Positions 1-8,715 are shown, counted from the stretch's first letter. The stretch: 64,000 nucleotides of DNA from a virus (IMGVR_UViG_3300010885_052266:36880-100879), one strand, 5' to 3'. Program-made: numbers and translations. Notes: generated by a model from the sequence alone, not told the origin.

Positions 1-2
1 TC

Positions 3-587
3 GCGTCCGACCGGGACGTCTTTGTCTTTCTGTGCGACGACACGCACCCCATTGAAATTGGCAAACTCGACAACGGCGATCCCGACCTTATTTTTCGCGG
101 TTTCTACTGTTGGAACAGCGAAGTCGGGACCCGCTCGCTCGGTATCGCGACCTTCTGGTTGCGGGGCGTTTGCCAGAATCGCAACCTTTGGGGAGTCGAG
201 GACTTCGACACCTTGCGGATCGTGCACACCAAGTACGGCAACGATCGCTTCGTTCGCGAGGCGGCGCCGGCGCTTGAGCGTTATGCCACCAGCGAGCCCA
301 CCAAGCTCCTGGCCGGCATCAATGCAGCGAAGAACGCCAAGGTGGCGAAGGATGATGAGGAGCGCACCAAGTTCCTCACATCCGACGCACTCGGCTTTTC
401 CTTCAAGCGTGCGCAGCAGATCATCGAGACCTGCGAGCGCGAGGACGGACGCAAACCCGAGACAGCGTGGGACATGGTCAACGGCATTACCGCCGTTGCT
501 CGGACCATTCCGCAACAGGACCTGCGCCTGGATGTCGAGAAAGTCGCATCCAAGCTGATGGACCGGGCCGCGCGCAACGCGGCTTGA
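3..587 (+). CDS. DUF932-family protein, 5' truncated by window edge
   Basis: Frame open from base 3: ASDRDVFVFLCDDTHPIEIG...FRGFYCWNSEVGTRSLGIATFWLRGVCQNRNLWG, typical DUF932 motifs. Confidence 0.75.
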   Translation, partial: ASDRDVFVFLCDDTHPIEIGKLDNGDPDLIFRGFYCWNSEVGTRSLGIATFWLRGVCQNRNLWGVEDFDTLRIVHTKYGNDRFVREAAPALERYATSEPTKLLAGINAAKNAKVAKDDEERTKFLTSDALGFSFKRAQQIIETCEREDGRKPETAWDMVNGITAVARTIPQQDLRLDVEKVASKLMDRAARNAA

Positions 588-590
588 CCA

Positions 591-637
591 CCTGAAACCC
601 GCTCCGGCGGGTCGCTGGCATTCACGCCAGCATGAGG
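591..637 (+). repeat. Structured intergenic element, copy 1
   Basis: CCT GAAAC CCGC-TCCG-GCGG GTC GCTGGC-attcac-GCCAGC ATGAGG; next ATG at 645. Confidence 0.9.
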
Positions 638-644
638 AGACAAT

Positions 645-971
645 ATGCCCCACACTCCAGGCCCTTGGGCCGCTGGCGCATCTCTGATCACGAATTGGTC
701 CCAGGAGCGGCAGGACAAGCGAAACACCGAGGGTAGAACGCGCACCGTTGAGATCGCGCTTGTCCGTGAACCCTTACGCATCGCGCGTAACGGTCCCGAC
801 ACCATGGGCGAATACGAGGCCAACGTGCGGCTGATCACGGCCGCGCCTGACCTGCTGGAAGCACTGCGTGCCATCGTGCATCAGGTGCTGCAGGGCTCAG
901 TCCTGGAACGTGATGCTTGCCTACGACAGGCCCAAGAAGCCATCGCCAAGGCGACCATGAAACCCGGCTGA
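645..971 (+). CDS. Phage hypothetical protein (HTPGPW...ANxRLIxAAPDLLEAL type)
   Basis: RBS GAGGAG; motif common in small phage proteins. Confidence 0.75.
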   Translation: MPHTPGPWAAGASLITNWSQERQDKRNTEGRTRTVEIALVREPLRIARNGPDTMGEYEANVRLITAAPDLLEALRAIVHQVLQGSVLERDACLRQAQEAIAKATMKPG

Positions 972-1008
972 GCCGGGTCGCGCCGCCACACCGCGGCGCC
1001 TGAAAAGG
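956..1008 (+). repeat. Structured intergenic element, copy 2 (variant)
   Basis: CAT GAAAC CCGGC-TGA-GCCGG GTC GCGCCGC-cacacc-GCGGCGC CTGAAAAGG; both stems changed but still paired. Confidence 0.85.
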
Positions 1009-1020
1009 ATACTCACATAA

Positions 1021-2028
1021 ATGCAAGAAACTGCTCTGGCTCATCACGAGCCGGATCTTCCATCGTACGACCACATCATTGTGGCGTTCAGTGGCGGCAA
1101 GGACTCACTCGCGTGCGTCCTGCATTTGCTTGAGCTGGGCGTGCCGGCGGACAAGATCGAGCTGCACCACCATCTCGTCGATGGTGGTGGCGGAACGGCT
1201 CTTATGGACTGGCCGGTGACCGAAGCCTACTGCGCGGCAGTCGCGCAGGCGCTTGAGATGCCATTGCTCCGCTCCTGGCGGTGCGGTGGCTTCTTGCGCG
1301 AGATGACCCGAGACAACCAGCCGACCGCCTCGATCATGTTCGAGCGGCTCGATGGCACACTCACAGAGGTCGGCGGCAATGGGCCAAAGGGGACGCGCCT
1401 GCGCTTCCCCCAGGTCTCTGCCGACCTCTCGGTGCGCTACTGTAGCGCCTATCTGAAAATCGACGTGTGCGACGCGTTGATCCGCAACGATGACCGCTTT
1501 CGCGGCACACGCACGCTGGTGGTAACCGGCGAGCGTGCCGAGGAAAGCTCGGCCCGGGCCCGCTATGCGGTGTTCGAGCCGCATCGGGCGGATCTGCGCG
1601 ACGGACGGCGCTACCAGCGCCACGTCGACGCCTGGCGGCCCGTCCACGGCTGGTCACGCGAACAGGTATGGGCGATCATCCAGCGCCACGGGATCATCCC
1701 GCACCCGGCCTATTACATCGGCTGGGGCAGGCTGTCCTGCTTGTGCTGCATCTTCGGAAGCCCGGACCAATGGGCTTCCATCAAAGCGATCGCGCCCTGG
1801 GAATTCGACCGGATCGCGCAATACGAGAGGCAATTCGGCACCACCATCCATCGGACCGAATCGGTGGTTGCGAGGGCCGCAAAGGGGAAACCCTACGCGG
1901 CAATCGAGGCCAACCCCGATCATGTCTCGACATGCCTGGATATGGCATTCTATGCCCCGGTTCGCTGCAACCCCGCTGACTGGCTCATGCCGGCCGGCGC
2001 GTTTGGCGAGAACACGGGGCCAACCTGA
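1021..2028 (+). CDS. PAPS-reductase-like (PP-loop adenine nucleotide alpha-hydrolase) family protein
   Basis: AFSGGKDS PP-loop, RYCSAYLK, GERAEESSAR, RPVHGWS, HPAY..GWGRLSCLCC. Confidence 0.85.
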   Translation: MQETALAHHEPDLPSYDHIIVAFSGGKDSLACVLHLLELGVPADKIELHHHLVDGGGGTALMDWPVTEAYCAAVAQALEMPLLRSWRCGGFLREMTRDNQPTASIMFERLDGTLTEVGGNGPKGTRLRFPQVSADLSVRYCSAYLKIDVCDALIRNDDRFRGTRTLVVTGERAEESSARARYAVFEPHRADLRDGRRYQRHVDAWRPVHGWSREQVWAIIQRHGIIPHPAYYIGWGRLSCLCCIFGSPDQWASIKAIAPWEFDRIAQYERQFGTTIHRTESVVARAAKGKPYAAIEANPDHVSTCLDMAFYAPVRCNPADWLMPAGAFGENTGPT

Positions 2029-2072
2029 AACCCGCTCCGGCGGGTCGCCTCGCAATCACGCGAGGCAAGAGG
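2024..2072 (+). repeat. Structured intergenic element, copy 3
   Basis: CCTGAAACCCGCTCCGGCGGGTC GCCTCGC-aatcac-GCGAGGC AAGAGG; its TGA is the upstream stop (2026-2028). Confidence 0.9.
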
Positions 2073-2080
2073 AATTCAAA

Positions 2081-2425
2081 ATGGAAAAAGAAGAACCATG
2101 GCGCCGGGAAATTGTCCGGCGTGACGTCGTATTCGCGTCACTCGATGAGCTGGGGAATATCCTCTCGAAAAAACAGGCCAAGGCGTTCGTCTGGCCGGAC
2201 GAGGGAGAATTCCGCGGCGGTGACTGGCACTTCAACGATGAGCACCGCGGCCAATACGAGCCTCTGATCATCGATCCGCAGACGGCGAAAGCGATGACCG
2301 TAATCCATGACTCCCTGAGCCCCAGGAACCAGGCGACGTTTGCCGGACATGTAAGCAAGGGGCGGGGCCACTTCGGGGTGTGCTTTGAATTCTCCTGGAA
2401 GCATGTTCGCTTTGGCTCGACCTGA
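2081..2425 (+). CDS. Phage hypothetical protein
   Basis: ATG 2081 after GAGGA; MEKEEPWRR...IDPQTAKAMTVIHDSLSPRNQATF; stop lies in the next repeat. Confidence 0.7.
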   Translation: MEKEEPWRREIVRRDVVFASLDELGNILSKKQAKAFVWPDEGEFRGGDWHFNDEHRGQYEPLIIDPQTAKAMTVIHDSLSPRNQATFAGHVSKGRGHFGVCFEFSWKHVRFGST

Positions 2426-2469
2426 AACCCGCTCCGGCGGGTCACCTAGCGCCGATGCGAGGCATGAGG
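2421..2469 (+). repeat. Structured intergenic element, copy 4
   Basis: CCTGAAACCCGCTCCGGCGGGTC ACCTAGC-gccgat-GCGAGGC ATGAGG (imperfect second stem). Confidence 0.88.
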
Positions 2470-2480
2470 AAACTGAAACT

Positions 2481-2717
2481 ATGACAGACTACCTTATCAC
2501 CGAACTCGACGACGGTTTCCACGTCCGCGTCCTTGCTGCTGCCAGGACCACAGAAACCGCCTATAAGAAGTTCGCCAAAGAGAGCCGGGCCCGATGGGCT
2601 GCAGGCCAGACTTTTTTTAGCCCTGTACGTCGCGTCCGCGGTGGCCGCTCGCAAGTTCACGGCATGCTGGACCGCGACGTAGCGGCGCTGCCCACTTGGG
2701 GCGATGACGCACCCTGA
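2481..2717 (+). CDS. Small hypothetical protein
   Basis: ATG 2481 after GAGGA; bounded by repeats. Confidence 0.65.
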   Translation: MTDYLITELDDGFHVRVLAAARTTETAYKKFAKESRARWAAGQTFFSPVRRVRGGRSQVHGMLDRDVAALPTWGDDAP

Positions 2718-2759
2718 AACCCGCTCCGGCGGGTCGCCCGCATCTCCGCGGGCCAGAGG
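2713..2759 (+). repeat. Structured intergenic element, copy 5
   Basis: CCTGAAACCCGCTCCGGCGGGTC GCCCGC-atctcc-GCGGGC CAGAGG; next ATG at 2768. Confidence 0.9.
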
Positions 2760-2767
2760 AAACCACG

Positions 2768-3091
2768 ATGGCCCGAAACGCCATGATCGGCTCCGGAGAG
2801 CGGTTGCGCAGCAAAACGCGGCGCTGGCTCTCTCCTTTTCCGACCATCAACACCCACACCGAGCGTTCCACCCGCGCCACCCTTGCGCGTGTGGCGACGT
2901 GGCTGGTCGAGGAGGCGCGTGCCGAGGCGCGAGCGACCCGAGATGATTGGGCCGCGACCCTGCTCAGGGGATGCAATCCCCGCAACCTGTCGCAGTCCGA
3001 CATGGACACGCTGAACCACTTTCTGTTCGGCGATGTCGACGGGCCCGGCCCTGAGCATCGCGAAGCGCCGCACCCCTCTCTATTCGAATAG
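2768..3091 (+). CDS. Hypothetical protein, last gene of the array
   Basis: RBS GAGGA; followed by a terminator. Confidence 0.65.
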   Translation: MARNAMIGSGERLRSKTRRWLSPFPTINTHTERSTRATLARVATWLVEEARAEARATRDDWAATLLRGCNPRNLSQSDMDTLNHFLFGDVDGPGPEHREAPHPSLFE

Positions 3092-3093
3092 CC

Positions 3094-3128
3094 TAGCCCC
3101 ACCGGGTCCGCCCGGTGGGGCTATTTTC
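3094..3128 (+). terminator. Rho-independent terminator
   Basis: TAGCCCCACCGGG-tccg-CCCGGTGGGGCTA followed by TTTT. Confidence 0.85.
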
Positions 3129-3241
3129 GTTTCAACATTTCGGTTGACTCGACACACTACAGCGTGGGATGGTGGCGGCGTTCGAGAGACACGGAGCGAA
3201 TTCATGATGCTGCTGAGCAGCTGCCCGCGGGGATACCCGCG

Positions 3242-3562
3242 ATGACGGACCGGCGAGACTGGAAGTCCAGGTCGGTAGCCCAGCCGGAACCCGGCTATTT
3301 CCGATACAGGATGGTCCGCAATGGGCCGTTTGTCCCTGCCCGCATTTGCCACGAGGATGGCCTCTGGTGGGCCATGATCGAAGGCAGGGCCAAAGAGAAG
3401 GCATCTGACCCGGCCGCTGCGCCGAAGGTCTACCCGATCTGGCACGGCGCCGAGATGATCTCCGAGCGGCAATACTGGGCCGATATGGCGAAACGCGGCC
3501 TGCCGAATGCCTTGCCCGCCAACAAGCCCATCGACCTGACCAACCTTCCCCCTTTGTTCTGA
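3242..3562 (+). CDS. Phage hypothetical protein
   Basis: PEPGYFRYRMVRNGPFVPARI...PIDLTNLPPLF; start uncertain (ORF open from 3164). Confidence 0.65.
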   Translation: MTDRRDWKSRSVAQPEPGYFRYRMVRNGPFVPARICHEDGLWWAMIEGRAKEKASDPAAAPKVYPIWHGAEMISERQYWADMAKRGLPNALPANKPIDLTNLPPLF

Positions 3563-3573
3563 AAGAAGAGGCA

Positions 3574-4584
3574 ATGAACGATTTCAATGTTCCGACGCGC
3601 GGCGTTGGCGACAATAGCGGCGATGTGCCTGAACTGTTTACACTCGATCCGGAGCTGATCCGGGAGCAGCTCGGCCAGGACTATGGGTCCATGGTGCGCA
3701 AGCGGGACGAGCTGCTCGCGGGAGTCGCTCGGCTCTGCCTCACGTACACGACAAAGGCGCGGTTCCCCACGCTCGAAGCGATTACCAACGCCACCGACAT
3801 TCAGGTCGGGGCAGTGTGCGTCGTCGACCGATCGGGGGAGTTGCCCCCATGTGCCGTGCTCATCGAACGGCGCAAGGAAGCAACCGGACGCCAGACCTCA
3901 ATCCTGACCGCCGCTGAGACGATCCGCCACCTGCTGAACACGATCGCGATCCCAGACGAAGAGGTTGCCGCCCGGGTCGTGTCGTTCGTCAGGCAGATCA
4001 AGGATCACCTCAAGCCGGTCGAAGCTGCTCGGGTCAAAGAGAAGGGCCCCTATGACGGAGCCGCCTCGGCCGTGCAGAGCTTCTTCAAGGCAACCATCGC
4101 CGACCCGCTCGGCGCGGCAGCCTCCGGGATCGAGACCGGTCCGCTCAAGACCTATGCCGCGGAGAAGGCGGCGGCCGAGAGGCGCCGGCGGGAGGCCGAG
4201 GCCGAGGAGGCCCGCCAGAAGGCCGAGCAGGCCAAGCAGGAGGCCGAGGCCGCGCGCAAGGCAGCCGAGGCGGTCATGACGGAGCGTGCCCTCGATCACG
4301 CCATCGATACGACGGACCGCGCCATTGTCGTGACCGAGGCGGCCGAACGCCTGGAGCGCCAGGCCGCGGCTCCGGTGCGGGATATGGCGCGCACACGCGG
4401 CTCGGCAGGCGGCGTGCTGTCGGCCCGATCGGTCTGGAAGCACCGGGTCGTGGATCCCGACAAGGTTCCGGATGATTTCTGGGTCATCGACCACGACAAG
4501 CTGGCCGCCCTGGCGCGGCAGGATAAGGCCGGCGCGTCCGTGCCCGGTGTCGAATTTTTCGACGATGTGACTGTGAGGGTGTGA
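3574..4584 (+). CDS. Coiled-coil protein of the recombination module (Gp157/Gam-like C-terminus)
   Basis: A/E/K-rich coil then WKHRVVDPDKVP...IDHDKL...VPGVEFF; directly upstream of ERF. Confidence 0.6.
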   Translation: MNDFNVPTRGVGDNSGDVPELFTLDPELIREQLGQDYGSMVRKRDELLAGVARLCLTYTTKARFPTLEAITNATDIQVGAVCVVDRSGELPPCAVLIERRKEATGRQTSILTAAETIRHLLNTIAIPDEEVAARVVSFVRQIKDHLKPVEAARVKEKGPYDGAASAVQSFFKATIADPLGAAASGIETGPLKTYAAEKAAAERRRREAEAEEARQKAEQAKQEAEAARKAAEAVMTERALDHAIDTTDRAIVVTEAAERLERQAAAPVRDMARTRGSAGGVLSARSVWKHRVVDPDKVPDDFWVIDHDKLAALARQDKAGASVPGVEFFDDVTVRV

Positions 4585-6149
4585 TGGATCAGCGCGTCGA
4601 AATTTCTCTCCCGAGCGATCCCGGCCCGGCCGAGCACATGACCGCGGAGGCGATGCTCAACCCGGCATTGTTCATGTCGCCCCGCATCGACCAATTATCC
4701 AAGGCGCTGAGCGCAGCGCAAGGGGAGATGCAAAATCCGAAAAAGAATGAGACCGCGACTGTTACGTCACGACGGACGGGCACAACCTTTCAGTATTCCT
4801 ATGCCACGTTGTCGGCAATACTTGACACGGTGCGCGCTCCTCTGAAGAACAACGGTTTATTCCTCTCGCAGATTGTGACGGGAAACGACCTGACCGTCAT
4901 GTTGTGCCATGAGTCTGGCCAATGGATGCGGGCCGGGATCCGCCTCCAACCCGCAGATTCCGGACCACAGGCGTTTGCCTCTGAGCTGACCGCATACCGC
5001 CGACATTTGATTCAAGGGCTGCTATCGATCAGCGCCGAGGATGACGATGACAGCAACATCGCCGAAGGCAACAATGTCACGCCAGGTCCCCGAGACCAGA
5101 GGCGCTGGGATCCCGAAGCGCCGGCCCAACCGGCCGAGGCGGACCCGTTGCTGGCCATGGCCCTTCGCACCCACAACGTCCGCGAGGGTGGTAACCTGCT
5201 GCGCCTCTGGATGGTCCAGGGCCGCGAGCGCGTCGAAAAGATGCGGCGGCAGGAGGACCAGCAGGAGCAGTTCTGCGCGGTCATCGACGCCGTTGCTAAG
5301 GCACTCCAACGAAGTTTAGGCACGGTGCTGGCCAGCGCCTGGAAGGCGATCATGGTCGCCACCACACGGGAGCAAGAGCGTGCTGTCGTGGAAAAGATGG
5401 ACGGCGAGTGGGCTGATACCCTGGCCGCGTTCCGGGCCGCCGAACCAGCGGTACACCAAGACCTGATGCGTCACGTGACCGCGCGGCGCGAGATCATCGC
5501 GGCCAATGTGAAGGCCGCCCAGGCCGAGGCCGATCGGATCGCGAAGGAGGATGCCGCGAAGGGGCCGCCGTTCGAGTATCGCGTGGCGGATTTCGTGGGT
5601 GATTTTTCGGACGAAATCTACACCAGTGCCGAGACCTGGGCGCGGGCATACGAGGCCATGTATCGCGCCACGCCGCCGGAGCACCTGCCGCTCCTCGCCG
5701 AGCACAATGCCGAAGCGTTGATGGATGCGGTGAAGCACTTCGGGGCAGAGGTTCTCCTGACCGACCTGCACCGGGAGGAAGCACCACGAGACGATGCGGG
5801 CGCGGCCCGTCCGATGGTCACGGCGACACGGATAGCCGACGGCTCTGTGACTACCCCGACGTTCACCACCAAGACACCCCCGGCACCGCCACTGTCCGAA
5901 GAGGAAGCCCTGGTAACGCTGCCGAAAGGGCGCGGCGAGGGCTACGACCTGGCCCTGTATCTGAAAGCGATCGGCGCATCCTTGGACGGGACGGTCCGCA
6001 CCATCGCCGACATGGACGTCTGGGAGCGGGTGAATTCGCCGATCTACCTGTCGGACAAGCTCCAAGGCGCGGATAGCACACGCATGCGGGTGTTCCGCGC
6101 CGTGGCGGCCCGCAAGCGTGGCCTCGGCATCCAGATCGACGCCGAGTGA
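4581..6149 (+). CDS. ERF-family single-strand annealing protein with long C-terminal extension
   Basis: LSKALSAAQGEM.NPKKN...YSYATLSAILDTVR..L...HESGQW...PQAFASELTAYRR...EDDDDSN. Confidence 0.8.
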   Translation: MMDQRVEISLPSDPGPAEHMTAEAMLNPALFMSPRIDQLSKALSAAQGEMQNPKKNETATVTSRRTGTTFQYSYATLSAILDTVRAPLKNNGLFLSQIVTGNDLTVMLCHESGQWMRAGIRLQPADSGPQAFASELTAYRRHLIQGLLSISAEDDDDSNIAEGNNVTPGPRDQRRWDPEAPAQPAEADPLLAMALRTHNVREGGNLLRLWMVQGRERVEKMRRQEDQQEQFCAVIDAVAKALQRSLGTVLASAWKAIMVATTREQERAVVEKMDGEWADTLAAFRAAEPAVHQDLMRHVTARREIIAANVKAAQAEADRIAKEDAAKGPPFEYRVADFVGDFSDEIYTSAETWARAYEAMYRATPPEHLPLLAEHNAEALMDAVKHFGAEVLLTDLHREEAPRDDAGAARPMVTATRIADGSVTTPTFTTKTPPAPPLSEEEALVTLPKGRGEGYDLALYLKAIGASLDGTVRTIADMDVWERVNSPIYLSDKLQGADSTRMRVFRAVAARKRGLGIQIDAE

Positions 6150-6164
6150 GACCGGAGCACGGCT

Positions 6165-6536
6165 ATGTCGGACGATTGGCGCGACGCCGACGGCAACCTC
6201 GATCCCCAGCTGATCGGCCACGATATCGAGACGCTGGGGCACGCCTGGGCCGGGCTGAGCCACGCGGCATCCCTCCTGGACAAGACCCAGACCGCGGTCT
6301 TTGCCCAGATGGTGTTGGCCCACATGGAGGAGCACTCCGGGGTGAGCCGGGCCACGGCAGAGCTGAAGGTGCGTGGCTCCGATGACTGGATGAACCACAT
6401 CTACGCGGCTCTCGATGCCCGTCGGAGAGCGAATGTGGCCCTGGTGAACTTCGAGGCAGGCAAGGCCCGGTTCGAGGCGATGCGGACGCAGGAAGCCAGC
6501 CGGCGTGTGGAAATGACAACTCTCGGGAGGCGGTGA
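6165..6536 (+). CDS. Hypothetical helical protein
   Basis: RBS GGAG; overlaps the ssb start. Confidence 0.65.
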   Translation: MSDDWRDADGNLDPQLIGHDIETLGHAWAGLSHAASLLDKTQTAVFAQMVLAHMEEHSGVSRATAELKVRGSDDWMNHIYAALDARRRANVALVNFEAGKARFEAMRTQEASRRVEMTTLGRR

Positions 6537-7078
6537 TGGCAGCGTCAATGAACAAGGTCCTACTGATCGGAAATCTGGGGAAAGACCCGGAAATCCGGAA
6601 CACCCAGGACGGCAAGAAGACCGCCAGCATGACCCTGGCCACGAGCGAGTCCTGGACCGACCGCGCCTCCGGTGAGCGCAAGGAGCGGACCGAGTGGCAC
6701 CGCGTCGTCGTGTTCAACGAGATGCTCGCCACGATCGCCGAGAAGTGGGCCAAGAAGGGTAGCAAGGTGATGGTCGAAGGCACCTTGCAGACCCGGAAAT
6801 GGACCGGCCAGGACGGCGTGGAGCGATACTCCACCGAGGTCGTGCTCGGCCCCTACAAGGCATCTCTGATTATCCTGCATAGCAGCCACCGGGACGATGG
6901 CCACGCCGGCGACGCCGATACGGGCGGGTCGGGACGTCGCGGCACCAGCGGGGCCGGCGGCGCGGCCGATCCTGCCCAGCGCGATGCAAGCGCACATTGG
7001 AGCCCAGGAGCGCCCACTCCCACCCAGCGTGCGGACGGCAAACGCCACTTCGGCGATAACGACGAAATACCGTTCTAA
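6533..7078 (+). CDS. ssb: Single-stranded DNA-binding protein
   Basis: MNKVLLIGNLGKDPEIR...TEWHRVV...EGTLQTRKW; C-terminal DEIPF. Confidence 0.95.
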   Translation: MMAASMNKVLLIGNLGKDPEIRNTQDGKKTASMTLATSESWTDRASGERKERTEWHRVVVFNEMLATIAEKWAKKGSKVMVEGTLQTRKWTGQDGVERYSTEVVLGPYKASLIILHSSHRDDGHAGDADTGGSGRRGTSGAGGAADPAQRDASAHWSPGAPTPTQRADGKRHFGDNDEIPF

Positions 7079-7137
7079 CCCGCAGGATTGGAATAATTCC
7101 AGAATAGCGTTTTTGCGCTTGCCAAACACACCGTAAT

Positions 7138-7172
7138 GTGTGACCTCATGTTTATAGCCAACCAGGTCACAC
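7138..7172. promoter_or_regulatory. Inverted repeat, possible operator
   Basis: GTGTGACCT-N17-AGGTCACAC in an AT-richer intergenic region before RBS GAAGGGGG. Confidence 0.4.
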
Positions 7173-7186
7173 CGAAGGGGGACACG

Positions 7187-7570
7187 ATGCCGCCGGCACC
7201 ACCACAACGAGATGACTCTAGCGGCTTTGCAAGCTTCGTGGATATGCTGGAGGCCCTGGAGGGCGGACAGCTCGTGCGCGACGCGACCGACGCGATGCAC
7301 ACGCTGTCTCATACGCTTCGCGACCACATGATAATGGGGCGAAAGGCCAAGGGCACGCTCAAGATTACGATCAATCTGAGCGCCGATCGCGGCCTGATCG
7401 AGGCGATCGCCGACGTTACCGTCAAGGAGCCGGCGCTGCCTCGCACGCGGTCGGCCTTCTACGCGACCGGATCAGGCCGCCTGACACGCGAGGACCCAAC
7501 CCAGCCGAACCTGCCGCTGCAGGGCGTGGACGATCATCCCAGCGTTCGGCGCCTTCGGGGGGTCGATTAA
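7187..7570 (+). CDS. Hypothetical protein, usual upstream partner of DUF2303
   Basis: KAKGTLKITINL...FYATGSGRLTREDPTQPNLPL; ATG 7187. Confidence 0.7.
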   Translation: MPPAPPQRDDSSGFASFVDMLEALEGGQLVRDATDAMHTLSHTLRDHMIMGRKAKGTLKITINLSADRGLIEAIADVTVKEPALPRTRSAFYATGSGRLTREDPTQPNLPLQGVDDHPSVRRLRGVD

Positions 7571-7621
7571 AGCGGCGCCAGCCAACCCACCACCAGCGCA
7601 ACAACCACAAGGAGCGCTATC

Positions 7622-8677
7622 ATGATCGATGCCGACTTCCTCACGAAACTGGACGAACTGACCAGCGCCAATACGGACATCCGTATGGTGAATGTCACGT
7701 CGCCCCCCGGACCGGAAGCTTTTATTGGCCGTGTCTACGGGATGGATGTGCCGCAGGGACGCAAATTTGAGGATTTGACAGCCAAGCTGCTGCAGACCCT
7801 GCCGAACCCGCTGTCCCGCACGGGAACGCAGACGCTGTTGGACCTCGACTCGTTCGCGGCCTATGTGAACCGCTACAAATTGCCCAACTCGGCGTTGTAC
7901 GCCGAGCAGGGCACCAACGGAAACGCGCCGAAGCTTGTCGCGATCTTCGATGAGCACGATGCTGTGAACGTGCCTGCGCCGCTCGACAAAGCCACGATCT
8001 TGGAGATGAGGGCCGCGCATGACGCCTTGAACGACGATGCCGCAGAAGACGAACAGGAACCGTTCGTCCTGCCGACGGTTTACACGTCGGCCGACACTCC
8101 CCGCCCGCAGTGGCGCCGGTTCCGCGCCGATTACCATTTCCCTGCGCACGACGCCTTCAAAGCCTGGTCAACTCAAAACAAGCAGCCCTTGTCGCAGTCT
8201 ACTCTCGCGGAGTGGATCGAGGATCACATCACCGATGTCATGGACATCAGCACGGCCGATCAGATCAAGGCGGTCAAAACGCGAGACCTGATCGGCCAGC
8301 TCAATCTGAGCTTGGGGAATCGTCTCCAGCTGCTGACCGCGGCGCGCGGGATGGCGGTGAAGGTGACCGAAGCGGTGCGGAGTGCCGTCAACACGAACGA
8401 CGGCAGCATTTCGGTGGCCTACGAGCAGACCCACGAGGCTGCCAGCAGGGACCCAGACCTGAAGGTTCCGACCGCGTTCGTGATCGCGCTGCCGGTGTTC
8501 GAAGGGGGCGCGGTGTTCCAGCTTCTGACCCGCCTGAAGTACCGGAAAGAAGGGCAGACGTTGAAGTGGTCCTTCGACGTGTACAACTTGAAGCGCGCCG
8601 TCGACGTCGCTTTCACATCCGCGTGCGACGACGTGGTCGCCGCGACGGGTCTGCCGCTCTACTACGCCAAAGTCTGA
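7622..8677 (+). CDS. DUF2303 (YfdQ-like) family protein
   Basis: LDSFAAYVNRYK...AIFDEH...W...AEWIEDH...PTAFVIALPVFEGG...RLKYR. Confidence 0.8.
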   Translation: MIDADFLTKLDELTSANTDIRMVNVTSPPGPEAFIGRVYGMDVPQGRKFEDLTAKLLQTLPNPLSRTGTQTLLDLDSFAAYVNRYKLPNSALYAEQGTNGNAPKLVAIFDEHDAVNVPAPLDKATILEMRAAHDALNDDAAEDEQEPFVLPTVYTSADTPRPQWRRFRADYHFPAHDAFKAWSTQNKQPLSQSTLAEWIEDHITDVMDISTADQIKAVKTRDLIGQLNLSLGNRLQLLTAARGMAVKVTEAVRSAVNTNDGSISVAYEQTHEAASRDPDLKVPTAFVIALPVFEGGAVFQLLTRLKYRKEGQTLKWSFDVYNLKRAVDVAFTSACDDVVAATGLPLYYAKV

Positions 8678-8680
8678 AGA

Positions 8681-8715
8681 ACAGGCCGGGCGCTTCGCGC
8701 GTCCGGCCTGTCTTC
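8681..8715 (+). terminator. Hairpin, probable terminator
   Basis: ACAGGCCGGGCGC...GCGTCCGGCCTGT; weak T-tract. Confidence 0.5.

Noticed and set aside
1021-2028. Complete Dnd/Ssp phosphorothioation system or true cysH
   Set aside because: Stand-alone gene; no dndBDE, sspBC or sulfate-assimilation neighbours
1535-2080. 296-aa ORF starting at 1535
   Set aside because: Overlaps the PAPS-reductase-like gene; the likely start is 2081 with an RBS
591-2759. Repeats as a CRISPR array
   Set aside because: Spacing is roughly 290-1070 bp and each interval is a whole gene; no cas genes in the window
591-2759. Repeats as canonical hammerhead ribozymes or integron attC sites
   Set aside because: No copy has an intact CUGANGA with a pairable stem II; no RYYYAAC/GTTRRRY ends and no integron integrase. 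Kept only as a hammerhead-like hypothesis
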